This document shows positions 49,539-59,104 of a stretch of 64,000 bases of DNA, one piece after another. The DNA is taken from the NCBI GenBank assembly GCA_041688155.1, contig JBDNIW010000014.1, positions 9,517 through 73,516 of the forward strand. Direction: 5' to 3'. The translations under genes and the position numbers were made by a program. The notes beneath the pieces are model-generated. The model was not told where the DNA came from. It did no database searches and worked only from the letters and a program-made list of their open reading frames with translations. The stretch comes from Minisyncoccota bacterium (GTDB lineage Bacteria; Patescibacteriota; Minisyncoccia; Phycocordibacterales; UBA918). Within the stretch, counting starts at the first letter, position 1. Every line of letters starts with the position of its first letter.

Positions 49539-50681
49539 ATGTCACGTAATAACTACGCGTTCACAGTACTCCAAGCAACCGCCGCTGTGGTATGTCTTGC
49601 GATCATTGCATGGTCACTTGGCTTTCCCGTTCTGCAATTCGCAGAAGCAGCAAATGTCACCACTTTTAGCAACACACTGTCCGACTCAGCACCCACTGTT
49701 GTGTCAGACCACATGATCACATTTGACACTCCTACTGGAGTAGCAGCTGGTGAAACTATCGTACTAACATTCGACGCAGGATTCTTAGGAATAAACTCAC
49801 TTGTGTTTGGGGACCTCGATTTGGATATCGAAGGTGTCTATACAACCCTAGCCGCAACTGCCTCAGAAGCTGATTGGGGAGTCGCTGTTTCAGCCACAAC
49901 TATCACTTTGACCTCAGGGACAGGAGTAGTAGCCGCTGGAGATACAGTTACAGTCCTGATTGGAGAGAATGCAACTGGAGGAGTTCCAAACTCTCAGATC
50001 ACAAATCCGTCTGCTGGTTCATACCCAATCAACGTAACAGTAGGTTCCGCTGATTCAGGTGAAACTCGAGTAGCAATCGTAGATTCTGTAGAAGTCACTG
50101 CCACAGTTGACACCATCTTTACCTTTACGGTAACTGGTACACCTGGCGGAACTGACGTAAACGGAATCATCGGTGACACGACCGGAGGAACGACAACTGC
50201 AACCACAATCCCATTTGGTGAGTTGATAGGCGGTACCGCTAGTACTGCTGCGCAGAGACTACAGGTAACCACTAACGCATCTAATGGATTTGTTGTAACA
50301 GTTGCTGTGGACCAACAACTCACATCGTCTAATCTCTCTGATATTGACGGGTTCGCAAACGGATCATATACCTCAACCCCATCAGGTTGGACCGCCCCAA
50401 CTGGGACACTCGGTCTAGAAAATGAGTATGGGCACTGGGGTCTTTCATCAAACGATACAACACTAACTGCAGGTCTGTCTGATCTGTACAGTGGTGGAGT
50501 AAACTTTGTTTCAGCATCCACCACATCAGTTGAGGTGTTTCGACACGGGGGACCAGCAAATGGTTCAACTACTGGTACTGGAAGCGCTGACGTTCTGTTC
50601 AAAATTGAAGTAACCAATCTGCAGGAAGCTGCAGATGACTACACCGCTACGCTGACATACGTAGCAACACCAGTTTTCTAA
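49539..50681 (+). CDS. surface protein family A (A3, intact), Thr/Gly-rich secreted protein
   Basis: signal peptide 'MSRNNYAFTVLQATAAVVCLAIIAWSLGFPVLQFAEA'; conserved family C-terminus 'LQEAADDYTATLTYVATPVF'. Confidence 0.6.
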   Translation: MSRNNYAFTVLQATAAVVCLAIIAWSLGFPVLQFAEAANVTTFSNTLSDSAPTVVSDHMITFDTPTGVAAGETIVLTFDAGFLGINSLVFGDLDLDIEGVYTTLAATASEADWGVAVSATTITLTSGTGVVAAGDTVTVLIGENATGGVPNSQITNPSAGSYPINVTVGSADSGETRVAIVDSVEVTATVDTIFTFTVTGTPGGTDVNGIIGDTTGGTTTATTIPFGELIGGTASTAAQRLQVTTNASNGFVVTVAVDQQLTSSNLSDIDGFANGSYTSTPSGWTAPTGTLGLENEYGHWGLSSNDTTLTAGLSDLYSGGVNFVSASTTSVEVFRHGGPANGSTTGTGSADVLFKIEVTNLQEAADDYTATLTYVATPVF

Positions 50682-50715
50682 TCGAAACTGGACTCTAAGC
50701 TTTGAGTTCTGACGC

Positions 50716-50753
50716 AAAAAAACCTATCTCCCACCACGAGGTGGGTTTTTTGT
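50716..50753 (+). terminator. rho-independent terminator after A3 gene
   Basis: cccacc-acga-ggtggg stem followed by TTTTTTGTTT; A-run upstream. Confidence 0.8.
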
Positions 50754-50787
50754 TTGTAAAAAACAAAACTGACTAATTGGAGCGGGT

Positions 50788-51366
50788 TTGCTTACTTTTA
50801 TCAATTTAAAACCACTGATGAGATTAGATGTGGGTTACATACGTAGCAGCACTGTACCGGCACAAGCCTCATCGCTCTACAATGATCCCGGTATGGCTAC
50901 GATGTCTCGTGGAGATGCCTTAAAGCTAAGTGTTAGACTTGGTGGTTCTTATACTGTTAGGGCAGCGACAACTGTGCCAACACCGGAAGTGATTATTGAG
51001 TATGTGCCGGAGGCTAACACTTCAGCTATACCCCGGATCGAACCAGTTACCCACCCTGATCCTGATGGTTGGTATAACATCGCAACGGCAGAACTCACCT
51101 GGACGCTCCCAGTAGATATAACCACAGTAAGGACGTTGCTAAATGGTAGTCCTTCAAGTGTGCCAACCAAAGTCTATGAAACACCAATCAACTCCATCAC
51201 ACTAACTGATCTAGATGAGGGTGTGTCGTATTTCCATATTCAGTTCCACTTGATTAAGATGATGATGCATATCCCCGTGTTTATGAATTGGTTTCTAACA
51301 GAACTATTCTGGCACGGGGTTGTGCGTTTGGGGTGGGGATTCAAGCAGATGTGTAGACAGAAATAA
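50788..51366 (+). CDS. truncated paralog (B2) of surface protein B
   Basis: 'AELTWTLPVDITTVRTL...EGVSYFHIQF' parallels 'GVFSWTLPFDVTALAIE...DGIQYISINF' of B1; lacks TM and tail. Confidence 0.45.
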   Translation: MLTFINLKPLMRLDVGYIRSSTVPAQASSLYNDPGMATMSRGDALKLSVRLGGSYTVRAATTVPTPEVIIEYVPEANTSAIPRIEPVTHPDPDGWYNIATAELTWTLPVDITTVRTLLNGSPSSVPTKVYETPINSITLTDLDEGVSYFHIQFHLIKMMMHIPVFMNWFLTELFWHGVVRLGWGFKQMCRQK

Positions 51367-51697
51367 TATTCGTGTTATTATACAAACAGAGGTTCATTAG
51401 CTGATTCATGTTTCTGGAATATATTAGGCTTTCTCTCACTGAGAATGCGGCCAGAAACACAACCTATTTGTTATGCGCAAAGGGATCAGATCAGGGTTAG
51501 GTTTTCTTATCGTACTATGGGGCTTGTCACAGTTCTTCTCTAATGCATTTCAAGCTTTGGATGGTGCAGCAGCCGAGTCGTTCAAAACACTCGAAGCAGC
51601 CGCCATCACATCTCAAATACAATTACAAAACCAAATTCGCTAAAGCGTACCCATGGGCCGGACATTTGTCTGGCCTTTTGTTGTATACTGGTACCAT

Positions 51698-52762
51698 ATG
51701 TCATTAAGTCGAGTTGTTGAGTACGTATTCTTTTTTGGATTATTAATATTGTCAGGCTATATGGTGTGGCAAATAATGTCGCCTTTTTTGAGTGCACTCG
51801 CACTGGCGGCAGTGATTGTGACCATCTCGAGCCCGCTCTACCACAAAATAATCCCGTATATGCCCAGACGCAGCCCATCGTTGGCGGCATTTATCTCCAC
51901 TATTATTGTATTTGTGGTGGGGATTCTCCCAATAGTGTTGATGACTACATTGGTCGTCAATGAAGTTGTTGACTTCTACCGAGATATAGACTCAGCTGAA
52001 GGTCTGACCATCACCACTATTACCGCTAGCATAGAAGATCAAATTCAACGACTAGTGCCTGAGTTTGAGATAAACGTAGCCGACCAGATTCGCCTGAGTG
52101 CGGAGTGGGTTACTGGCAACCTGGCTTCTATTTTTGCGGGAACTATCTCGACGTTCTTTTTATTCTTCATTGCTTTAATTGCTACGTTTTATTTCTTTAG
52201 AGATGGAAAAGACCTTTTAAAACTAGTCATAAAAGCCAGCCCACTGCCAGATACTGAAGACACGGAAATTCTCAATCGAATGGCTCGAGCGATACGGGCG
52301 GTGGCAACTGGAACTCTGCTTGTGGCTTTGATCCAGGCGGTACTGGCGACCATTGGTATGACGGTTGCTGGGGTTGACCGCGCGGTATTGCTTGGGGGAC
52401 TGGTTGCAATTGCAGCTATGATTCCAGGAATTGGAACTGGAGTGGTGATGTTTCCTGTGGTAATTATCCTGTTCATATCTGGCAACGTAGTACCAGCCAT
52501 TGGTTTGCTTATCTGGTCTGTGGCAGCTGTCGGTTTGGTTGATAATTTTATTGGCCCCCAACTGATGAGTCGTGGTAATAACATGCATCCGTTCATTATT
52601 CTGATTTCAGTACTTGGCGGTTTGTCGTTGTTTGGTCCGATCGGATTTCTAATTGGTCCGGTGGTGGTAACTCTGTTTTTGGTCCTGTTGGAGATATATA
52701 ATCATTATATAGTCCAAGATCAAAAGATCAGTGAAATGGTGGATACTCATGATAGAACGTAG
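51698..52762 (+). CDS. AI-2E family transporter (PerM/YhhT, UPF0118)
   Basis: 8-TM topology with central hydrophilic loop; C-terminal 'GPVVVTLFLVLLEIY'. Start could be 51653 (non-ATG) or 51698. Confidence 0.7.
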   Translation: MSLSRVVEYVFFFGLLILSGYMVWQIMSPFLSALALAAVIVTISSPLYHKIIPYMPRRSPSLAAFISTIIVFVVGILPIVLMTTLVVNEVVDFYRDIDSAEGLTITTITASIEDQIQRLVPEFEINVADQIRLSAEWVTGNLASIFAGTISTFFLFFIALIATFYFFRDGKDLLKLVIKASPLPDTEDTEILNRMARAIRAVATGTLLVALIQAVLATIGMTVAGVDRAVLLGGLVAIAAMIPGIGTGVVMFPVVIILFISGNVVPAIGLLIWSVAAVGLVDNFIGPQLMSRGNNMHPFIILISVLGGLSLFGPIGFLIGPVVVTLFLVLLEIYNHYIVQDQKISEMVDTHDRT

Positions 52763-53156
52763 TTACATTGAAACAATCCTTAGAATCAACGGCATGTCGC
52801 CGTCCGAACCCGATGACATCATTCGGTCAGTTTTACTCAGTGCTCGCTACAATAATGACGAGATAGATACTGCTCTCATGGTTTTGCGTGAGGATTCAGA
52901 AACTAAACGTGTCAGAGTAGAGGGTTTACACAAAGTATTTCGTACCAACGAATCACTTCGACCCCAAGAAATATCCCAACTGCTAGGCATAGACGTTGAT
53001 ATGGGCAGTTACATGTTAGAAACACACGACCCACGCCCTCTTCTGACTAACACATTTGTCAGTGTGTGTGTGTTGTCTGTTTTGCTCGCTGTAGTTGGAG
53101 TACTGCTTTATATGCACATGAACGGTTTTGGTCTGTTTCACCCCGGCGGGTTCTAG
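52749..53156 (+). CDS. hypothetical protein with C-terminal TM helix
   Basis: ORF overlapping end of upstream gene; start uncertain. Confidence 0.35.
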   Translation: MIERSYIETILRINGMSPSEPDDIIRSVLLSARYNNDEIDTALMVLREDSETKRVRVEGLHKVFRTNESLRPQEISQLLGIDVDMGSYMLETHDPRPLLTNTFVSVCVLSVLLAVVGVLLYMHMNGFGLFHPGGF

Positions 53157-53210
53157 GATACCTTGCGTTATTGTATGGTAGCGTCTATCATAGTCGTATA
53201 AATTGATTTT

Positions 53211-53750
53211 ATGTTTAGTAAATTTGAACTGATTGGTGCAGGTGTGTGTGTCGCTTTGATGGCGGTGGCTATTTATATGGTCCAACTTCAGACGGCTTTT
53301 GATGATATGTCGAACTTGCAGCCAGCGGCTGTTTTGGAATCTAGGGTGGTGGTTGTCCCGCAATCAAGTGGTGGACGGCAGGCACAGGCGGAGGCATTAC
53401 TAGCAGCGAGTGATAGTCGTGGTAATTTAAATCGTATGGTAGTTAATGATATAACCATTGGTACTGGACCAGTAGTGCAGACAGGTGACACAGTGCGAGT
53501 GCACTATGCTGGACGGTTGCAAGATGGAACTGAGTTTGATAACTCACGTAAGCGCGGTGAGCCACTGGAATTCACCGTTGGAGCTGGCCGAGTAATTAGT
53601 GGTTGGGAAGAGGGGTTGATTGGCATGCAGATGGGCGGGGAACGCATCCTAGTGATTCCACCAGACAAAGCCTATGGTGATCGGGGAGTCGGTCCGATTC
53701 CAGGTGGAGCAACCCTGGTATTTTCCATTGAGCTTGAAGGAATCAACTAA
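53211..53750 (+). CDS. FKBP-type peptidyl-prolyl cis-trans isomerase
   Basis: 'VHYAGRLQDGTEFDNS...GWEEGLIGMQMGGERILVIPPDKAYG' FKBP core. Confidence 0.85.
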   Translation: MFSKFELIGAGVCVALMAVAIYMVQLQTAFDDMSNLQPAAVLESRVVVVPQSSGGRQAQAEALLAASDSRGNLNRMVVNDITIGTGPVVQTGDTVRVHYAGRLQDGTEFDNSRKRGEPLEFTVGAGRVISGWEEGLIGMQMGGERILVIPPDKAYGDRGVGPIPGGATLVFSIELEGIN

Positions 53751-53752
53751 CA

Positions 53753-54961
53753 ATGGCTGACCGACCAGTCACATTCGATATCGTCAAACGACAGCCCGGC
53801 ACATTAGGTCGGGCTGGTGTCATACATACGCCCCACGGTGACATTGAAACACCGGCGTTTGTTGTGGTTGGGACCAAAGGAACGGTTAAGAGCCTTAAGC
53901 CAGAGGATATGGCGCAGTACGTTGGTAATCAGGTGGCACTGGCCAACACCTATCACTTGTTTCTCCAACCAGGTGATGATGTCGTCAAAGCCGCCGGTGG
54001 TCTACATACATTCTCCAACTGGAATATGCCAACCATCACCGACAGCGGTGGGTTTCAGGTGTTTAGCCTCGGGGCTGCGTTTGGTAAAGGTGTGACCAAG
54101 TTTGCTCAGAATGCTGAAGAAGCAGAACGAGCGGCGCAGAATCGTGGGCTTAACGTCTACAGCAAGGAAATGGCTAGCGAACACGGTCGATTATGCGTAA
54201 TTGACGAGGACGGAGTGACGTTTACCTCGCACATCGACGGGAGTATGCACCGGTTCACCGCCGAGCGTAGTATTGAGATACAACAAAACATCGGAGCCGA
54301 TATCATCATTGCGTTTGATGAATGTACCAGTCCAACGGCTGACAAGGCTTACCAAATCGAAGCGATGGAGCGTACTCACCGTTGGGCTAAACGTAGTATT
54401 TTGGCACATAAACAAAACTATGAAGCTCTTAAACGGCAGGGGATTTACGGTGTGGTTCAAGGTGGCAGACACCTTGATCTACGCTCAGAAAGCGCCCGGT
54501 CGCTAGCGGCGATGGATTTTGATGGCTACGGCATCGGTGGGAGTTTTACCAAAGACGACATGGGTGACGCCATCCGCGTCGTGAACGAAATCCTCCCCGA
54601 AGACAAACCAAGACACTTGCTCGGAATTGGTGAGCCGCGCGACATTGTCGAAGGCGTCTCGCTTGGCTGCGATACATTTGATTGTGTTGCCCCAACGAGA
54701 ATCGCCCGTACCGGCACTATCTACGAACGCACCAACGACGGTCACAAACGAGTTAATCTCAAAAACGCCAAGTACACCCGCGATTTCAGCAAACCAGACG
54801 AGTCCTGTGACTGCTACGTCTGTCAGCACTACACCAAGGCGTATTTAGCGCACTTATTCCGAGCTGGAGAAATGCTGGGTCCACACTTAGCGTCGCTACA
54901 TAACCTCTACTACATCGTCAATTTCACTAAACGATTGCGAGAAGAAATACTGACAGGTTGA
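53753..54961 (+). CDS. tgt: queuine tRNA-ribosyltransferase
   Basis: TIM-barrel Tgt motifs 'DSGGFQVFSLG', 'FDECT'; C-terminal zinc site 'CDCYVCQHY'. Confidence 0.9.
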   Translation: MADRPVTFDIVKRQPGTLGRAGVIHTPHGDIETPAFVVVGTKGTVKSLKPEDMAQYVGNQVALANTYHLFLQPGDDVVKAAGGLHTFSNWNMPTITDSGGFQVFSLGAAFGKGVTKFAQNAEEAERAAQNRGLNVYSKEMASEHGRLCVIDEDGVTFTSHIDGSMHRFTAERSIEIQQNIGADIIIAFDECTSPTADKAYQIEAMERTHRWAKRSILAHKQNYEALKRQGIYGVVQGGRHLDLRSESARSLAAMDFDGYGIGGSFTKDDMGDAIRVVNEILPEDKPRHLLGIGEPRDIVEGVSLGCDTFDCVAPTRIARTGTIYERTNDGHKRVNLKNAKYTRDFSKPDESCDCYVCQHYTKAYLAHLFRAGEMLGPHLASLHNLYYIVNFTKRLREEILTG

Positions 54962-55005
54962 TATTATAAAGTATATTTACAACCGGATAGAAGCAGGAGA
55001 ATAAG

Positions 55006-55215
55006 ATGTCCCAAGTCACGAGATATTTCGGCCCAAAATTTGCTGAAAATCAAACCAAACCAGTAGATTTGCACTATGCGATCGAACAAATTCAATCGCT
55101 ATTGGAAAATGGCTCTGAGACTTTTACAATCCCCACCGAATTGTTTGTCGAGGCTGCTGCCACCGTTGGGTTGAGAAACAAGGTCGAATTAGCTATAGCA
55201 AACACAGCGAGCTGA
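55006..55215 (+). CDS. small hypothetical protein (69 aa)
   Basis: short ORF with plausible spacing after tgt. Confidence 0.3.
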   Translation: MSQVTRYFGPKFAENQTKPVDLHYAIEQIQSLLENGSETFTIPTELFVEAAATVGLRNKVELAIANTAS

Positions 55216-55405
55216 GTATATAGAGATTGATGCATAAGCCATATCAACTACAGTCTCAGCACTGCAGTGCCAGACATATTATGTCTCGGCTTCAATTGTT
55301 GATGGACGCAGTAACGAAACATGATCATATTGCTGGAACGTTTTGGCAAACAACCCGATAAGGTAAACCACCGGCCCCACCAGCGGTTTTTATATAACAG
55401 AAATA

Positions 55406-55427
55406 CTTAAGTCATCGATGACTTAAG
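55406..55427. repeat. 22-bp perfect palindrome CTTAAGTCATCGATGACTTAAG (REP-like, 3' flank of RAYT gene)
   Basis: identical to 36046-36067 and 56103-56124. Confidence 0.9.
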
Positions 55428-56082
55428 TTTCTAATTGGTTGCTGCTGTGGGCTAACTTTGATGATGTAATTATCTGTTTTATATTATTGTTCTGGTTTAC
55501 GGTGCTGCCTAACAGCCCCTTTATTTCCCGGGTTGTAATGATTGAGGGAAAATTCTTGACTTCTTGATAATCAAACAAGCTACTCCAGCGATACTCACGA
55601 AGCACTTGTAGTGCCGTGTTTGGATCTAAGACTGAACCGGTGCGCCATTGAGGGTGTGAATAGTCTAGCGGGTTCAAATGTATGTAATAAGGGATATACA
55701 GAAAATGTACATCTCTATCAATCGGGATTTTTTTGTATTTGCCTTGCCAGACGTAGCCGCTACGTTCGTATTTTTCGTTATAGAATTTAGCATATCCCAT
55801 GTTTAATTTTTTCATGAATAATGAAAGATTCTTCGAATCATTGTCTACTGGGGAGAGTAGCAAATGGTAGTGATTCTTCATCAAACACCAAGCATGTATA
55901 TGCACTAATGGTTCACGCACCCGACCCATATCAGCCCACAAATTTTGTTGGGTTTTACCATTAGGTGGCGACTGTACATCGTTTAATACGTATAGACTGC
56001 GAACGAACCGCATTCGGTCGCTATCGTCGTGTACAATGTCCCGCTTTTCAATTCCGCGATTAAGGACATGATAGAAATCCAT
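55423..56082 (-). mobile_element. REP-associated tyrosine transposase (RAYT; IS200/IS605-like Y1 HuH transposase)
   Basis: 'MDFYHVLNRG...', HuH motif 'MKNHYHLLLSP', catalytic-Tyr region 'RSGYVWQGKYKKIPI'. Flanked on both sides by the identical 22-bp palindrome. Confidence 0.75.
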
Positions 56083-56102
56083 ATACTTAGAATAACACAC
56101 CA

Positions 56103-56124
56103 CTTAAGTCATCGATGACTTAAG
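56103..56124. repeat. 22-bp perfect palindrome CTTAAGTCATCGATGACTTAAG (REP-like, 5' flank of RAYT gene; overlaps uvrB upstream region)
   Basis: identical to other two copies. Confidence 0.9.
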
Positions 56125-56132
56125 TGGTGTGT

Positions 56133-58196
56133 ATGGTGTATACTTGCTTTGTGAAGTTTGAAATCTCGACTGAAAAAAAGCCAGCTGGTGATCAGCCGCA
56201 GGCTATCGCTTCTCTGGTTAAAGGAATCAAGTCTGGTGTCTCGCATCAGACGTTGTTTGGTGTAACTGGTTCTGGTAAAACGTTTACTGGTGCTAACGTG
56301 ATTCAGCAGATTCAGAAACCGACACTGGTAATCGCGCACAACAAGACCCTCGCAGCGCAGCTGGCCCAGGAATACAAGGACTTCTTCCCTGATAACGAAG
56401 TGCATTATTTTGTGTCCTACTACGATTACTATCAACCAGAGGCGTATATGCCAACCTCAGATACGTACATTGAGAAAGAATCGCAGATTAACGAAGAAAT
56501 CGATCGGCTTCGACACGCGAGTACTCAGGCATTGCTGACCCGTGAGGATGTAATCATTGTCGCGTCGGTGTCCTGCATTTATGGTTTAGGGTCGCCAACT
56601 CAGTACTTAAAAAAACACCTCAAATTTGAACGTGGGTTTGAGACGACGCGGACGGAGATGCTTAGAACGCTAGTTGATATGTACTTTGAGCGTACCAACG
56701 CCGACCTCACCCCGGCGCACTTTCGGGCTGTCGGCAATACGGTGGAGATCATGCCTACCAACGAACGGGCAATTTACCGACTTGGCTTCGCTGGTAACAT
56801 AATCAGCAGCATTACCAAAATTGATGAAGTCACGCGAGAAATCATTAGTGAACCGGACGTATTTTTCCTCTTTCCAGCTAAACACTTTGTCACCCCCGAA
56901 GACGAACGTAAAGTTGCCATTGAAGACATCAAGCTGGAACTCGATGAGCGGCTGAAATATTATAAAAAACAACCAGACAAACTACTCGAAGCTGAGCGAC
57001 TCAAACGTCGTACCGACCAAGACCTCGCTATGATGCGGGAGATTGGGTTTTGTAGCGGGATTGAGAACTATTCACGTCACTTTGATCGTCGCAAGCCAGG
57101 TGAAGCACCATACACACTCCTGTCATACTTTCCGCATAAACCAGACGGCACACCTGACTTCCTCACCATCATTGATGAGTCTCATGTGACTATCCCGCAG
57201 TTAAACGGCATGTACGCTGGTGACCGGTCGCGCAAGGACATGTTGGTTGAGTACGGTTTTCGCCTACCATCAGCCGTCGACAACCGTCCGCTCAAATACA
57301 CCGAGTTTGAACAGCGGATTGGGCAGGTTATCTATACGACAGCGACCCCCGGAAAGTTTGAACGAGCAAAGGCTGAAGAGTTGGGTGTGCCGATGGTGCA
57401 GCAAATCATCCGTCCGACGGGGCTGATTGACCCCGAGATTGATGTGCGAGGTATCGACCAGACCGATACTTATCCTGGTCAGGTCAAAGACTTTATCGCT
57501 GAGGCTGAGCGAGTGATTGCTCGTGGCGCCCGAGTGCTGACAACCACCCTCACCAAACGGATGGCCGAAGACCTCGCTGACTTCCTCGAAGAGAAGGGAA
57601 TTAAGACTAAATACATCCACAGTGACGTTGACACGATCGAACGAATCGAAATCCTCACTGACTTCAGGCGTGGAAAGTTTGATTGTTTGGTTGGGGTGAA
57701 CTTACTTCGAGAAGGGTTGGATTTACCTGAAGTTGAACTCGTTGCCATTCTTGACGCTGATAAGGCTGGATTTCTTCGCAGTGAGACGGCGCTCATCCAG
57801 ACCATTGGTCGGGCAGCGCGTAACGTCAATGGCCGGGTGGTACTCTATGCAGACGTGATGACCGACGCTCTGACCTACGCGATCAGTGAGACCAACCGCC
57901 GGCGCGAACTCCAGATGGCCTACAACACCAAACACGGCATCACACCTAAAACCATCATCAAGGAAATCAAATCTATCGCCGATCAAATGCGCACCAAGCA
58001 CGACGAAACAGTAGAAACCCTGCTCAAGGTTGACATGGAACTGTTCAAGAAAAACCCTAAAAAAGTCATGAAAGAAAAAAAGCGTCAAATGGAAGACGCT
58101 GTCTCACAGTTAGATTTTGAAACCGCGGCCATTATCCGTGACGAGATTGTGTACCTCGAAGAATCAGTCACCAAAGCTCAGAAAAAAAAGTTGTGA
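56133..58196 (+). CDS. uvrB: excinuclease ABC subunit B
   Basis: 'KPAGDQPQAI', Walker A 'GVTGSGKTF', helicase motifs, C-terminal UVR domain 'AAIIRDEIVYL'. ATG at 56133 chosen because the ORF-track GTG at 56124 lies inside the REP palindrome. Confidence 0.95.
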   Translation: MVYTCFVKFEISTEKKPAGDQPQAIASLVKGIKSGVSHQTLFGVTGSGKTFTGANVIQQIQKPTLVIAHNKTLAAQLAQEYKDFFPDNEVHYFVSYYDYYQPEAYMPTSDTYIEKESQINEEIDRLRHASTQALLTREDVIIVASVSCIYGLGSPTQYLKKHLKFERGFETTRTEMLRTLVDMYFERTNADLTPAHFRAVGNTVEIMPTNERAIYRLGFAGNIISSITKIDEVTREIISEPDVFFLFPAKHFVTPEDERKVAIEDIKLELDERLKYYKKQPDKLLEAERLKRRTDQDLAMMREIGFCSGIENYSRHFDRRKPGEAPYTLLSYFPHKPDGTPDFLTIIDESHVTIPQLNGMYAGDRSRKDMLVEYGFRLPSAVDNRPLKYTEFEQRIGQVIYTTATPGKFERAKAEELGVPMVQQIIRPTGLIDPEIDVRGIDQTDTYPGQVKDFIAEAERVIARGARVLTTTLTKRMAEDLADFLEEKGIKTKYIHSDVDTIERIEILTDFRRGKFDCLVGVNLLREGLDLPEVELVAILDADKAGFLRSETALIQTIGRAARNVNGRVVLYADVMTDALTYAISETNRRRELQMAYNTKHGITPKTIIKEIKSIADQMRTKHDETVETLLKVDMELFKKNPKKVMKEKKRQMEDAVSQLDFETAAIIRDEIVYLEESVTKAQKKKL

Positions 58197-58238
58197 GTAG
58201 AGTTCGTCTCGCCGATAGACAAGTGCTACACTGCTGGT

Positions 58239-59042
58239 ATGTCAATATTAACCGGAAAGCAGGTCCTAGTTATAGGTGACGAAACCGAGCAGTTAACAAA
58301 AATAGAAGCTGCGTTGATTACCTACGGATCTACCATAACCACCACCACCTGTAAGCAAGCAGACCCGACCTCAATTAGTGCAGCCCACACAGCACTGATT
58401 TTGATTAACCACTTACACGCGGGGGTGCACTGCAACGACACGCTAACTGTTTTGCGGGCAACTCTAGAAACCAAAGACATTCCGGTTTTAGCCCTGGTTC
58501 CAAATGATGAGTCGCACATAGCTGAAGTTTTACTACTTGGTGCGTCTGACTATTTTGTCCCGAGCGAAGACGTTCATACAATTATGGGTAAAATAATGCA
58601 GTCACTGGGTGACTCATCGGTTGCTAATCACCAGAGTGTGATTGATATATCCATTCCAGCAGCTGCCAATCAGACTGGAACGCGAGTGTTTGTGGTTGAG
58701 GATGACTCCCTGTTACAAAACCTTATAGCTACCCGGTTTGAAAAATCAGGTCTAGCATACGAAATAGTTACTAGTGGGGTTGACCTAGTAGAAAAAGTCA
58801 CAGCGTTCAAGCCGCAAATCGTGATTCTTGACTTGATGCTCCCTGGTGAAGATGGATTTAATTTACTCAAAAAACTCAAAACTAGTGCAGCAACGGCCGC
58901 TATCCCGGTGTTGATTTTTTCAAACCGAGACAGTCAAGCCGACCGAACTCTTGCTACTGAGCTTGGAGCAACCGGCTTTTACGTCAAAGCGATGACCGAT
59001 CTATCTGAATTGTTGGATATTATAAATACTAACAAAATATAA
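58239..59042 (+). CDS. response regulator with two receiver domains (first degenerate), no output domain
   Basis: C-terminal REC: 'RVFVVEDD', phospho-acceptor 'ILDLMLPGEDG', 'PVLIFS', 'GFYVKA'. The N-terminal REC-like half lacks the acidic pocket. Confidence 0.7.
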   Translation: MSILTGKQVLVIGDETEQLTKIEAALITYGSTITTTTCKQADPTSISAAHTALILINHLHAGVHCNDTLTVLRATLETKDIPVLALVPNDESHIAEVLLLGASDYFVPSEDVHTIMGKIMQSLGDSSVANHQSVIDISIPAAANQTGTRVFVVEDDSLLQNLIATRFEKSGLAYEIVTSGVDLVEKVTAFKPQIVILDLMLPGEDGFNLLKKLKTSAATAAIPVLIFSNRDSQADRTLATELGATGFYVKAMTDLSELLDIINTNKI

Positions 59043-59104
59043 TTCATTATTTACTATTGTGCATAGGTACCAAAACTAGTAACTAATGTTTGTATAATAG
59101 ATAC

